64,000 bases of DNA from Kiloniellaceae bacterium (GCA_021776095.1 JAJFGO010000058.1:6652-70651); one strand, 5' to 3'; counted from the stretch's first letter, positions 17,090 through 26,414 are shown. A program made the numbers and translations. Notes: generated from the sequence alone by a model not told the origin.

Positions 17090-17948
17090 GAATCAGGCTC
17101 TCCACCTTTTGTTCGCCTTGCGATAGCCTCGCGGGCTCCATCTTATCGACCGCCCGGACTTCGCCCTGAAGACATAACCTGGCTGCGACGATCAAGCCAC
17201 GGCGGCGCATATCTTGCGCCAGCTTCGCGCCCCGGTCGAGGGCCGTGGCCTTCTGATCCGCGCTGAGCGGATCGACCCTGACCGTCACAAGCCGTTCGCC
17301 CAGATCGCTATCGGGCGATAGATCCCGTGCGGGCGCACGGCGGACCGCGGGCGCGCCGGGCAGGTCGACCGCATTGGCGATCAGGGTCGCCGCCGCATCC
17401 GCCGCCGCGGCACTCTCCGCCAGTACGCTCACGGCGTCGGCGATACCCAAACTGTGGCTGCGTCCGCGCCAGCCGCTGGTCGCGATGCCGCGTATCGGGT
17501 CCTGGCTGGATATGGTCACCGTTTCCAAGCCCTCGCCGGAGGCCACGCCCAGGGTAAAAGCCTCGCCCTGATTGAGGTATAAGGCGATGTCGCCGCCATT
17601 GTTGACATAGGCCCGGCGCAAGCGCCGGCCGTGGCGAAGTTCCGCCAAAATATGATCGGCGACCGCGCCAGCGACCGCCGCCATGGGGGTCACAAACATC
17701 CTGGCGTGGGGCGCGACGGCGCGGCGCATTCGCTGCGCGACCGGGCCCCTGGGCACGGCGGCCCCTGGGCCCAGGGTTGCCCGCAGGATCGACAACTCCG
17801 CGACCAGGGTTTCCAAGACGGGCTCGAAGGCTCGATTGGCTTGGCCATAGGCGGCGGCGACATCTTCGGGACTTCCGCTTGCCTCCACGATCAAATCGAT
17901 CGGCCCATGTTGCAAATGAAGCCGCTTGCCGTCCAGTAGCAGAGCCAT
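17082..17948 (-). CDS. UPF0280 family protein (ApbE-like fold)
   Basis: Started at the internal ATG (MALLLDGKRLHLQHGPIDLIVEA...), 26 nt after the hnr stop. The track start at 18029 would overlap hnr by 55 nt. VNNGGDIALY and TSGWRGRSHSLGIADAV blocks look like UPF0280/ApbE-like proteins. Confidence 0.6.
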   Translation of the reverse strand: MALLLDGKRLHLQHGPIDLIVEASGSPEDVAAAYGQANRAFEPVLETLVAELSILRATLGPGAAVPRGPVAQRMRRAVAPHARMFVTPMAAVAGAVADHILAELRHGRRLRRAYVNNGGDIALYLNQGEAFTLGVASGEGLETVTISSQDPIRGIATSGWRGRSHSLGIADAVSVLAESAAAADAAATLIANAVDLPGAPAVRRAPARDLSPDSDLGERLVTVRVDPLSADQKATALDRGAKLAQDMRRRGLIVAARLCLQGEVRAVDKMEPARLSQGEQKVESLIHA

Positions 17949-17974
17949 CTGTGGGCCGCACTGGCGGAAGGCGC

Positions 17975-19498
17975 TCACTTGTCGAGATCCGGATCGGCCC
18001 AGCCGTAGTTCCCGGCACGAGTCGGCCAAGGATTGTCCTGGCCCTGGCGAATGCGGACTTGACCTTTCAAGACATGATCGTTTTGCGGTCCGGTGACGCC
18101 CTTGGCCGCTTCTTCGATCGGCACCACGTGGTCCATATGGCCGCCCAGGGTTTCGTAGTCTTCGCGCCGCATGGTGAATTCGATCGGCGCCACCAGGGCG
18201 GGCGTCGGAACATAGCCGAAGGCTTGCTCCGGCATACGGGTGACGTCGGCCATGATGGTGATGCCGCCGCCCGGCCAGACATAGGCCGGCGCCCCGCCAC
18301 AGGTAATGTGGGTCAGCATCTGTTTGACCGAGCGGGTCAACTTAACCGGGTTTTCGGTCACCCCGGCGCGCAACGATCCGCCCGCGCCGCCCATGAACAG
18401 GACCGAGCATAGGGCCGGTTCGCAATTCTCCTCGATCCGCCGAACCGAAGGCAGCAATCGCTCCGGCATCTCCAACTGTTGGGGGATCAAGTCTTCGTCG
18501 AGTTCGAAGTACGCAAACTGCTCCCCGGTGGTGGACACCATGAGTAAGGACTGGCCGGGGCGGGCTACCTTCGGATTGAATGGGTCGAGGATCAGCAAGG
18601 GATCGTCGATATCGGTGCCGCCCCAGCCGGTGCCCGGCTCCGCGACCTGAAAATAGCGGCCCGGCGTGGAGCGCCGCCCCTTGACCCTGATGCCGGTGGC
18701 CTGCCAGCCGATCACCTTACCGGCCTGATGTTCCGACATGACTCCGGTGATGTGATCGTCGACCACCACCACCTCGTCGACCAAGCCCTTCCATTGCGAG
18801 GCGAACATTCCGACCGTCGCAGATCCGCAACCGACTCGCATGCGCTGTTCCTCGACACCGTTGATGATCGGCGCCTTGCCGGCCTCGACCACCACCGTCG
18901 AGCCGTCGTCGATGGTCATCTCGACGGGTTTCCGATTGCACAGGTCCATGAGCGACTGACAGGTCACGCGGCCTTCCTTCTTTCCGCCGCCGGTCAGGTG
19001 ATGTACGCCCCCGATGGACAGCATCTGGGAGCCGTACTCGCCGGTGGTCACATGGCCGATCGGCTCGCCGTCCACACGCACCGGGTTTTGTTCGGGGCCC
19101 AGGTGCCGGTCGGTGTCGATCTTCACCTTGGCGCCGCAATAGCTGAAAATGCCTTCGGTCACGACCGTGATCATGTCGATTCCGCTGACCTCGCGGGACA
19201 CGATGAAGGGTGCCGGCTTGTAATCCGGGTAGGTGGTGCCGGCGCCGATCGCGGTGACGAAGGCCTCGCCCGGGGTCACAACCTCGCCGTCCCAGTCCTT
19301 GCCCAGGTCCAAAAACGGCACCAGCTTGCCGCTGTCTTCCTGGCGTCGTTCGATGAGGACCAGCGGATCGACCCGGACCAGTTGCCCGCCTTCGTTGGCG
19401 TAGCGGTCGCAGGCGCCGGCCCGCCCGTCGGCGATGTAGCACATCACCGGGCAGGCATCGCAGCGGATCTTTTCAACCGCCGGCTTGTCCTTGCTCAT
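17975..19498 (-). CDS. hnr: 6-hydroxynicotinate reductase-like iron-sulfur flavoprotein
   Basis: 507 aa. N-terminal Cys cluster KIRCDACPVMCYIADGRAGACDRY. Further Cys residues follow (CGAKV, VTCQSL, VGCGSATVG, ITCGGAPAY). Recognised as the Hnr family. Neighbours are enamidase and a Mo-hydroxylase. Confidence 0.7.
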   Translation of the reverse strand: MSKDKPAVEKIRCDACPVMCYIADGRAGACDRYANEGGQLVRVDPLVLIERRQEDSGKLVPFLDLGKDWDGEVVTPGEAFVTAIGAGTTYPDYKPAPFIVSREVSGIDMITVVTEGIFSYCGAKVKIDTDRHLGPEQNPVRVDGEPIGHVTTGEYGSQMLSIGGVHHLTGGGKKEGRVTCQSLMDLCNRKPVEMTIDDGSTVVVEAGKAPIINGVEEQRMRVGCGSATVGMFASQWKGLVDEVVVVDDHITGVMSEHQAGKVIGWQATGIRVKGRRSTPGRYFQVAEPGTGWGGTDIDDPLLILDPFNPKVARPGQSLLMVSTTGEQFAYFELDEDLIPQQLEMPERLLPSVRRIEENCEPALCSVLFMGGAGGSLRAGVTENPVKLTRSVKQMLTHITCGGAPAYVWPGGGITIMADVTRMPEQAFGYVPTPALVAPIEFTMRREDYETLGGHMDHVVPIEEAAKGVTGPQNDHVLKGQVRIRQGQDNPWPTRAGNYGWADPDLDK

Positions 19499-19511
19499 GT
19501 CGCACCCTCGG

Positions 19512-22256
19512 TCATTCGCCTATCGCCTTTATGGCGGCGCGAACTTTGTCCGGCGTGGCGGGCAGGTCGCGGACCAGCGCGCCGGTGGCGTCGCGGATCG
19601 CGTTCAGGATCGCCGGCGCCGTGGGAATCAGGACATGCTCGCCCAAACCTTTTGCGCCGTAAGGGCCTTCCGCGTCGGCCACTTCGACAATGATATTCTC
19701 CACTTCCGGCACATCGCCGAAAGTGGGAATGAGATAGTCGTGCAGGTTTTCCGTGCGACCGGGAATGTAGTCTTCCATCAAGGCCATGCCGATGCCCTGA
19801 ACCGACCCGCCTTCGATCTGCCCCTCGATCAGCACCGGATTTATAGCGCGCCCAACGTCGTGCGCCGTGCTCAGTCGTTCGAGCTTTACCGTCCCCAGTG
19901 CGGTATCGACGGTCAGTTCCATGATCTGTGCGCCGTAGCCGAAGACCGCGTAAGGCACACCCTGGCCGTCCTCGTCCAGGGGTTTGGTCGGTGGATCGTA
20001 AGTTTCCTCGCCGCGAAAGGCGTAGCCGAACTTGTCCAGGGGCAGGCGCGACAAATCGATCTCAGCGACCGCCGCACCGTCGGTCAACTCGATACGGCCG
20101 GGCTTGAAAAGCAAACCTGCGCCGCTCGATACATTGCCATGACGAAGAATTTCTCGTCGCAAAGAGTCGCCGGCTAGTTTGGCCGCTGAACCGCTGACAT
20201 AGGTTTGGCGCGACGCCGATGTTTTTCCCGCGTCCGGCGTCAAATCGGTGTCGCAGCCGACAAGTTCCAGGTCGTGGACCGGGACGCCCACGGCATCGGC
20301 AGCGATCTGGGCAATCACCGTATTCGCGCCCTGGCCGATATCCGACGCCCCCTGATGCAAGACCACGCCGCCGTCCGGCCTTACCCCTATGCGGATCGTC
20401 GAGGGGTTCGGCAGCGAGGTGTTGCCGCAGCCATACCAGCAGGACGCGATCCCGATGCCGCGCCGCAAGCCCGTGCCGTTGGCCCGCCGGTTGAAGCCAC
20501 TCGCCGCGCCTTGGGCGCGCGCCCAGGCCGGTTTGAGGGCCTCCAGGCACGCGGTAATGCCGACCCCGCTCTCGAACACCTGCCCCGTCACGGTCGCTTG
20601 GCCGTCCAAGAGCGCGTTACGAAGGCGAAACTCCAGGCGGTCCATGCCGAGCGCAACCGCCAGTTCGTCATAGAGGCATTCCTGCGCGATGGCCGATTGC
20701 GGCACGCCGAATCCGCGGAAGGCGCCGGACGGCGGGCAGTTGGTATGAATCGCCGCGCTACGCGCTACATAATTGGGCGTGAAGTAGGGCCCGGAGGCAT
20801 GAACCGGTACGCGGTTGGCCACGGTCGGGCCCCAAGAGGCGTAGGCGCCGGTATTGAAAACTCCGTCGAATTCAAACGCGGTGATTTTCCCTGTTTCGTC
20901 GCAGCCGATCCTTGCGGTCATCTCGGAAGGATGCCGCTTGGTGGTCGATTGCATGGATTCCTGGCGGCTATAGGTCAGGGCTGCCGGACGGTTTAGGTGC
21001 CAGGCGGCGATTGCCATATAGGGCTGCAGGGAAACGTCGAGCTTGGAGCCGAAGCCGCCGCCGCAGGCGCTCGGTACGATGCGGACTTGCGCCGGGTCGA
21101 TGCCCATGATTTCGGCGAGCGACTCCCGGTCCATATGGGGCGCTTGGGTCGAGGCGAAGACCTCGATGCGGTCCCCGACGCGGCGCGCGAAACCGGCTTC
21201 CGGTTCGATATAGGCGTGCTCGACGAAGGGCGTCGAGAATCGGCCTTCGGCGACATGGGCCGCCTGGGCGAATCCGGCCGCCACATCGCCCCGCGCCACA
21301 TAGCCGCGGATCAGGACGTTTTCGTCGCGGCCGTCATGCAGCCGGGGGGCATCCGGGGCTTGCGCTTCGACCGGGGTCAAAACGTGGGGTAAAGGCACCC
21401 ATGTAATCGGGAATCGGTTCAGGTCAAGCAGCTTCATGGCGGCGCGCTCACCGGCGACGGCGGCCACCGCCTCGCCGCGATAACGGGCAGCCTTTTCCGC
21501 GAAGACAGGCTGATCGGCGAAGGGCGGGATAACCCCGAAACAGTTTCGGCCGGCGATATCCGCCGCAGTGAACACCGCCAGGACGCCGGGATGATCCGTG
21601 ACGAAACCGGCAAGGTCGCCAAAGCTAAAGGCCGCATGGTGATGCGGGCTGCGCAGAACCCGGACCACGACCGCGTCGTCCGGCGTGGCGTCCGCGCCGA
21701 AGAGCTCGGTTCCCGCCACCTTGGGTTCGCCGTCCAAACGGCGGACTGACGCGCCCACACCGGCGCCCGCCGGGGGCGATACCTCGCTACCATTGAAGCC
21801 GGTCGCATACACCACCGCATCGACGATTTTGCGATAGCCGGTGCAGCGGCATAAAACGCCGCCAAGAGCATCGGCCACCTGGTCCCGGGTCGGATGGGGT
21901 GTGCGCTGGAGCAGCGCGGCTGCGGAGACCAGCATGCCCGGCGTGCAGATGCCGCATTGGGCCGCGCCGAAATGCAGGAACGAATTTTGCAGTGGCGACA
22001 ACGTGCCATTCGCCTTCAAGCCTTCGACCGTGGTGACCTTCGCACCCTCTACTTGCCCAGCGGGGACTAGGCAGGCGCAACAGGCTTCGCCGTCGATCAG
22101 CACGGTGCAGGCGCCGCAGTCGCCGGCGTCGCATCCCACCTTGGTGCCGGTCTGCCCCAAACTATCCCGCAGCACGGTGGATAGACGGTCGCTTGGCGCG
22201 ACCTTGGCGCGAACCGGCACCTCGTTCAGATCGAAGCTGACCTCAATACCGCTCAT
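19512..22256 (-). CDS. Fused [2Fe-2S] + molybdopterin-binding hydroxylase subunit (xanthine dehydrogenase family; probable nicotinate dehydrogenase)
   Basis: 914 aa. N-terminal GCDAGDCGACTV and CRCTGYRKI 2Fe-2S motifs. These are followed by about 750 aa of aldehyde oxidase/xanthine dehydrogenase a/b-hammerhead and Mo-cofactor domains. Confidence 0.85.
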   Translation of the reverse strand: MSGIEVSFDLNEVPVRAKVAPSDRLSTVLRDSLGQTGTKVGCDAGDCGACTVLIDGEACCACLVPAGQVEGAKVTTVEGLKANGTLSPLQNSFLHFGAAQCGICTPGMLVSAAALLQRTPHPTRDQVADALGGVLCRCTGYRKIVDAVVYATGFNGSEVSPPAGAGVGASVRRLDGEPKVAGTELFGADATPDDAVVVRVLRSPHHHAAFSFGDLAGFVTDHPGVLAVFTAADIAGRNCFGVIPPFADQPVFAEKAARYRGEAVAAVAGERAAMKLLDLNRFPITWVPLPHVLTPVEAQAPDAPRLHDGRDENVLIRGYVARGDVAAGFAQAAHVAEGRFSTPFVEHAYIEPEAGFARRVGDRIEVFASTQAPHMDRESLAEIMGIDPAQVRIVPSACGGGFGSKLDVSLQPYMAIAAWHLNRPAALTYSRQESMQSTTKRHPSEMTARIGCDETGKITAFEFDGVFNTGAYASWGPTVANRVPVHASGPYFTPNYVARSAAIHTNCPPSGAFRGFGVPQSAIAQECLYDELAVALGMDRLEFRLRNALLDGQATVTGQVFESGVGITACLEALKPAWARAQGAASGFNRRANGTGLRRGIGIASCWYGCGNTSLPNPSTIRIGVRPDGGVVLHQGASDIGQGANTVIAQIAADAVGVPVHDLELVGCDTDLTPDAGKTSASRQTYVSGSAAKLAGDSLRREILRHGNVSSGAGLLFKPGRIELTDGAAVAEIDLSRLPLDKFGYAFRGEETYDPPTKPLDEDGQGVPYAVFGYGAQIMELTVDTALGTVKLERLSTAHDVGRAINPVLIEGQIEGGSVQGIGMALMEDYIPGRTENLHDYLIPTFGDVPEVENIIVEVADAEGPYGAKGLGEHVLIPTAPAILNAIRDATGALVRDLPATPDKVRAAIKAIGE

Positions 22257-22266
22257 GTCGCCGGCC

Positions 22267-23100
22267 TCACGGCAAACAGCCGAGAAGGCCGCGCCGGACC
22301 AACTCGCAAGCCGCTTCGCTGCGGTATCCGGTGCTCGCGCGCACGTCGTCTATGGGCGATAAAGGGCCGAAGTGCGCCGGCGATACGATCCCGGCCAAGG
22401 TCTCGTCGCAAGGCTTCCCGATCAGCGCCTGTTCCAAACCCTCCATACGCTGCGCGACCGCCGAGCAGGCCCCGACCGAGACCCGCGCGTCGCCTACCTT
22501 GCCACCGTCACCGGCTTCCAGGCGGGCCGCCACCATGGCGATGGAAATGACCAGGTACTTCCTGGCCCCCAGTTTGATGAAATGCGACCGTCCCTGCGCC
22601 GCCCCGGCCGGGATTGCAAATCCGGTCACGATCTCGTCCGGCCGTAGGGCGGTCGCGCGGTTGCCCAGAACGAAGTCCGAAAGGGCAACCTGGCGTTTGC
22701 CTTGCGCCGAGTCGGTTTCCACGACCGCATCTAGAGCCAGCAACGGCGGCACCCCATCGGCGGCCGGCGAGGCATTGCAGATATTCCCCGCCACCGTGGC
22801 TCGGTTTTGGATCTGCACTGAGCCGACTTCCCGCGCGGCCAGTTTCAGCGCGTCGAAGGCGGGCGGCAGATCGGCGGTTATCACGTCGCTCCAGGTGGTC
22901 AGGGCGCCGATGCGCCAGCCGTCGTCGTCGTCGCGCCTAATTCCGCGCAATCCCTCAACGGCCGAGATGTCCAGAACCGCCTCGTTGACTGCCCGGTCGC
23001 GCAGGCCCGGATAGAAATCGGTGCCACCGGCAAGGACCGTCCACCGGTTCTCCGCCAAGAGCGATAGCGCCGCATCTACTGTCGTCGGCCGCGCGTACAT
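22267..23100 (-). CDS. FAD-binding subunit of the molybdenum hydroxylase (CoxM/XdhB-like)
   Basis: 277 aa. LAGGTDFYPGL FAD-binding block and a CO-dehydrogenase flavoprotein C-terminal-like region. First gene of the minus-strand operon. Confidence 0.85.
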   Translation of the reverse strand: MYARPTTVDAALSLLAENRWTVLAGGTDFYPGLRDRAVNEAVLDISAVEGLRGIRRDDDDGWRIGALTTWSDVITADLPPAFDALKLAAREVGSVQIQNRATVAGNICNASPAADGVPPLLALDAVVETDSAQGKRQVALSDFVLGNRATALRPDEIVTGFAIPAGAAQGRSHFIKLGARKYLVISIAMVAARLEAGDGGKVGDARVSVGACSAVAQRMEGLEQALIGKPCDETLAGIVSPAHFGPLSPIDDVRASTGYRSEAACELVRRGLLGCLP

Positions 23101-23362
23101 GTCGCCTTTCCCCGCAAACGAGCGTCTCGGGTTCGAACGCCAACGATAGATCGCGAACTCCCGTCATCGGCGCCCGGAGGCAATCATACAGCACGGCGGT
23201 GTCGGCGCAAAATGGTCCGAGGCAGGCAGGGAGACGACGCAGAACTTTGGGCTCACGGCCTTGACGGCGGCGGCCGTGCGGGTTCAGAGTCTCGATGCGC
23301 GCCAGGGCAAATTCGATGAAATTTTGAAAAACCTGAACCGTCGGAAGGACGGCTAGGCAAGG

Positions 23363-24295
23363 ATGGCAAGCCACTTGATCGGCGAAACGACGCGCGGTGT
23401 ATTTCCCATTTCAGCCACGCCGTTTACCGACGACGGGTCGCTCGATCTCGAGTCCGTCGATAGCCTGGTCGATTTCTATCTTAAGTGCGGTGCGCACGGG
23501 CTGACCATCTTAGGCATGATGGGCGAGGCGCCGAAGCTCAGCGAAGCGGAATCCCTCGCCGTCGTCGAGCGGGTGATGCGGCGGGTTGACGGCCAGGTGC
23601 CGGTGATCGTCGGGGTCAGCAATCCTGGCGTCAGAGGCCTTGCCGGCCTATCGAAAGCCTCCATGGACATAGGCGCGGCCGGGGTGATGATCGCGCCGCC
23701 GCCAGGTCTGAAAACGGAAGCTCATGTGCTCGGCTATTTCGACACGGTGTTCGAGGCGCTCGGCCCGGAAATTCCGGTCTGCTTTCAGGACTTCCCGACC
23801 AGCACTGGCGTGCATATTTCCGTCGACACGTTCTTGAAGCTGGTCGAATATCACCCGAGCCTAGTCATGCTCAAGCACGAGGATTTCCCGGCCCTGCGGA
23901 AGCTTACGGCCATACGCACGGCTGGCGATCTGGTGGAGAACCGGCGGATTTCCATCTTGGTGGCCAACGCCGGGCTCTACTATCCGCTGGAAATGCGTCG
24001 CGGGGCCGACGGTGTGATGACCGGCTTTGCTTTTCCAGACATGCTGGTCAAAGTTTACCAGCTTTTCGAAAACAACGATCCCGAGGCCGCCGAAGATCTC
24101 TACGATCTCTATTTGCCGTTGTTGCGTTACGAGTATCAAACCGGCTTCGGGCTGGCCATCCGCAAGGAAATCCTGCGCCGCCGCGGCGCCATTCGCTGCG
24201 CCGCGACGCGCGCGCCAGGGCCGGCCATGAACGCCGACGAGCACGCCGAACTGACTATCTTGATGGACCGTCTGGAGCGAAAGCTAGGGCGCTAG
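23363..24295 (+). CDS. Dihydrodipicolinate synthase-family class I aldolase/lyase
   Basis: 310 aa. RGVFPISATPF N-terminus, GLTILGMMGE, and the VMLKHEDFP lysine region typical of the DapA/NAL family. Its TAG stop lies inside the first arm of the downstream repeat. Confidence 0.8.
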   Translation: MASHLIGETTRGVFPISATPFTDDGSLDLESVDSLVDFYLKCGAHGLTILGMMGEAPKLSEAESLAVVERVMRRVDGQVPVIVGVSNPGVRGLAGLSKASMDIGAAGVMIAPPPGLKTEAHVLGYFDTVFEALGPEIPVCFQDFPTSTGVHISVDTFLKLVEYHPSLVMLKHEDFPALRKLTAIRTAGDLVENRRISILVANAGLYYPLEMRRGADGVMTGFAFPDMLVKVYQLFENNDPEAAEDLYDLYLPLLRYEYQTGFGLAIRKEILRRRGAIRCAATRAPGPAMNADEHAELTILMDRLERKLGR

Positions 24296-24455
24296 AGTAT
24301 ATTCCGATCATATTGAACCATTTGACCGGATTTTCGCGCCCGCTGGACGTCGTTGCGACCCACTAGCGGTCAACCAGACCGCGGCGTGGGCCGCACCTAG
24401 CCAGCAGACGCGAAAATCCGGTCAAATGGTTCAATATGATCGGAACATGCTCTAG
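24292..24455. repeat. MITE-like element: 47-bp terminal inverted repeats (2 mismatches) around a 70-bp spacer
   Basis: Left arm 24292-24338 is CTAGAGTATATTCCGATCATATTGAACCATTTGACCGGATTTTCGCG. Right arm 24409-24455 is its reverse complement except at two positions. No ORF lies inside. Confidence 0.75.
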
Positions 24456-24561
24456 CCGTTGGGCTCGGGCTCTACCCGGATCGTTCGCCGTGTTTCCTGA
24501 GCCCTCGACCCTTATGCGCGCTAACCCGGCCTTGGGGCGGTAACGATTGCGCCGGCGGCGC

Positions 24562-26397
24562 TCAGTCGAGCTCGAAGGCGTCCTTGTAGTTGAGCTTGAG
24601 AGCCGGGTCCTGATCTTCCTTCTCGAGGTAGCAGTCGCCGACCACGAGGACTTCGATGTCGGATCCCATGAAACAGCGGAAGGCGTCTTCGGGCGTGCAC
24701 ACGATCGGCTCGCCGCGCACGTTGAAACTGGTGTTGATGACCACCGGACAGCCGGTTTTGGCTTTGAACGCGCTGATCAGCGCGTGATAGCGCGGGTTGG
24801 TCTGGGCATGCACCGTTTGAATGCGGGCCGAGTAGTCCACGTGGGTGATCGCCGGGATCTCCGATCGTGGAACATTGAGCTTATCGATGCCGAACAGCGC
24901 CTTCTCATCGTCGGTCATGGCAATGCGCCGGTCTTCCCGGACGCCGGCGACCATCAGCATATAGGGGCTGTCGCCGTCCATTTCGAACCACTCGGCAACA
25001 TCCTCGCGCAGCACCGAGGGCGCGAAGGGGCGGAAGGATTCGCGGTATTTGACCCGAAGGTTCAGCGTCTTCTGCATGGTCGGTGAGCGCGGGTCGCCCA
25101 GGATCGAACGGCCGCCAAGGGCGCGCGGGCCAAATTCCATCCGGCCCTGGAACCAGCCGACCGCCTTTTCCGCGGCCAAGGCGGCCGCGGTCTTATCAAT
25201 CGTTTCCGCGCTCGAAAGAACGGTGAACTTCGCGCCGGCCGCCGTTAGGCGGGCCTCGATATCGTCCTGCGCGAACGCGGGGCCCAGGTAAGCCCCTTTC
25301 ATGCTGTCCGCCGCCCCGTTGAGCTTGCGCGGTTGACCCTGGAAATGGTGATAGGTAACGAGGGCCGCGCCCAAGGCGCCGCCGGCGTCGCCGGCCGCGG
25401 GCTGAACCCATATGTTTTCGAAACAGTTTTCACGCAGGAGCTTGCCGTTCGCCACGCAATTTAGGGCAACGCCGCCCGCCAAACATAGGTTCTTTTCGCC
25501 GGTTTCCGTCGCGATCGAACGGCCGAGCCGCAACACCACCTCTTCGGTGACGTCCTGGATCGAGGCGGCGATATCCATCTCCCGCTGGGTCAGAGGGGTT
25601 TCCGGGTCGCGTGCGGGTGCACCAAAAAGCTCATCGAACTTTTGGTTGGTCATGCGCAACCCAGTGCAATAGTCGAAATAGGAGAGATCGAGGCGGAACG
25701 AGCCGTCCTCCTTTACATCGATCACATTGTCGAGGATCAGTTTCGAATACTTCGGTTCGCCGTAAGGCGCCAGGCCCATAACTTTGTATTCGCCCGAATT
25801 CACCCGGAACCCGGTGTAGTACGTGAAGGCCGAATAGAGCAGCCCCAGCGAATGGGGAAAGTAAATCTCTCGCATCATCTCGACCGAATTGTCCCGGCCT
25901 TGGCTGAGCGACGTCGTGGTCCATTCTCCGACCCCGTCCATGGTCAGGACCGCCGCGCTCTGAAACGGCGAGGGATAAAACGCGCTGGCCGCGTGGCTTT
26001 GGTGATGCTCCGCGAACAGCAGGCGTTCCTCCCAATCGAATTCCGGCGCATGGCTTTGCAGCTTCTTGCGAAGAAGCGACTTTTGGAAAAGCTTTTCCTT
26101 GAGCCACAGAGGCATCGCCATACGGAAGGATTGGAACCCCTGGGGCGCGTAGGCCACATAGGTTTCAAGAAGGCGCTCGAACTTGAGAAAGGGTTTGTCG
26201 TAAAAGGCCACGAAATCGACGTCCGACAACGCCATGCCGGCTTCCGCTAGGCAGTATTCGATCGCATGAGTCGGGAAATCGGGGTCGTGCTTTTTCCGGG
26301 TAAAGCGCTCTTCCTGTGCCGCGGCCACGATATTCCCATCCTCGATCAGCGCTGCCGCGCTGTCGTGATAAAAGGCCGATAGGCCAAGCACCCGCAT
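24562..26397 (-). CDS. Carbamoyltransferase (NodU/CmcH/SxtI family)
   Basis: 611 aa. The N-terminus MRVLGLSAFYHDSAAALIEDGNIVAAAQEERFTRKKHD is the hallmark of this family. Full-length two-domain architecture. Confidence 0.9.
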   Translation of the reverse strand: MRVLGLSAFYHDSAAALIEDGNIVAAAQEERFTRKKHDPDFPTHAIEYCLAEAGMALSDVDFVAFYDKPFLKFERLLETYVAYAPQGFQSFRMAMPLWLKEKLFQKSLLRKKLQSHAPEFDWEERLLFAEHHQSHAASAFYPSPFQSAAVLTMDGVGEWTTTSLSQGRDNSVEMMREIYFPHSLGLLYSAFTYYTGFRVNSGEYKVMGLAPYGEPKYSKLILDNVIDVKEDGSFRLDLSYFDYCTGLRMTNQKFDELFGAPARDPETPLTQREMDIAASIQDVTEEVVLRLGRSIATETGEKNLCLAGGVALNCVANGKLLRENCFENIWVQPAAGDAGGALGAALVTYHHFQGQPRKLNGAADSMKGAYLGPAFAQDDIEARLTAAGAKFTVLSSAETIDKTAAALAAEKAVGWFQGRMEFGPRALGGRSILGDPRSPTMQKTLNLRVKYRESFRPFAPSVLREDVAEWFEMDGDSPYMLMVAGVREDRRIAMTDDEKALFGIDKLNVPRSEIPAITHVDYSARIQTVHAQTNPRYHALISAFKAKTGCPVVINTSFNVRGEPIVCTPEDAFRCFMGSDIEVLVVGDCYLEKEDQDPALKLNYKDAFELD

Positions 26398-26414
26398 TCC
26401 TTGGCCCGCCCGTA

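Noticed and set aside
18717-19693. Several 240-320-aa ORFs on both strands across the hnr gene
   Set aside because: They lie in alternative frames or antisense to a gene with a convincing Cys-cluster protein, and their composition is dominated by Arg/Gly/His/Asp.
23129-23137. GGTTCGAAC, a T-loop-like string suggesting a tRNA
   Set aside because: The flanking bases cannot form a T-stem, and no acceptor or anticodon arms can be drawn.
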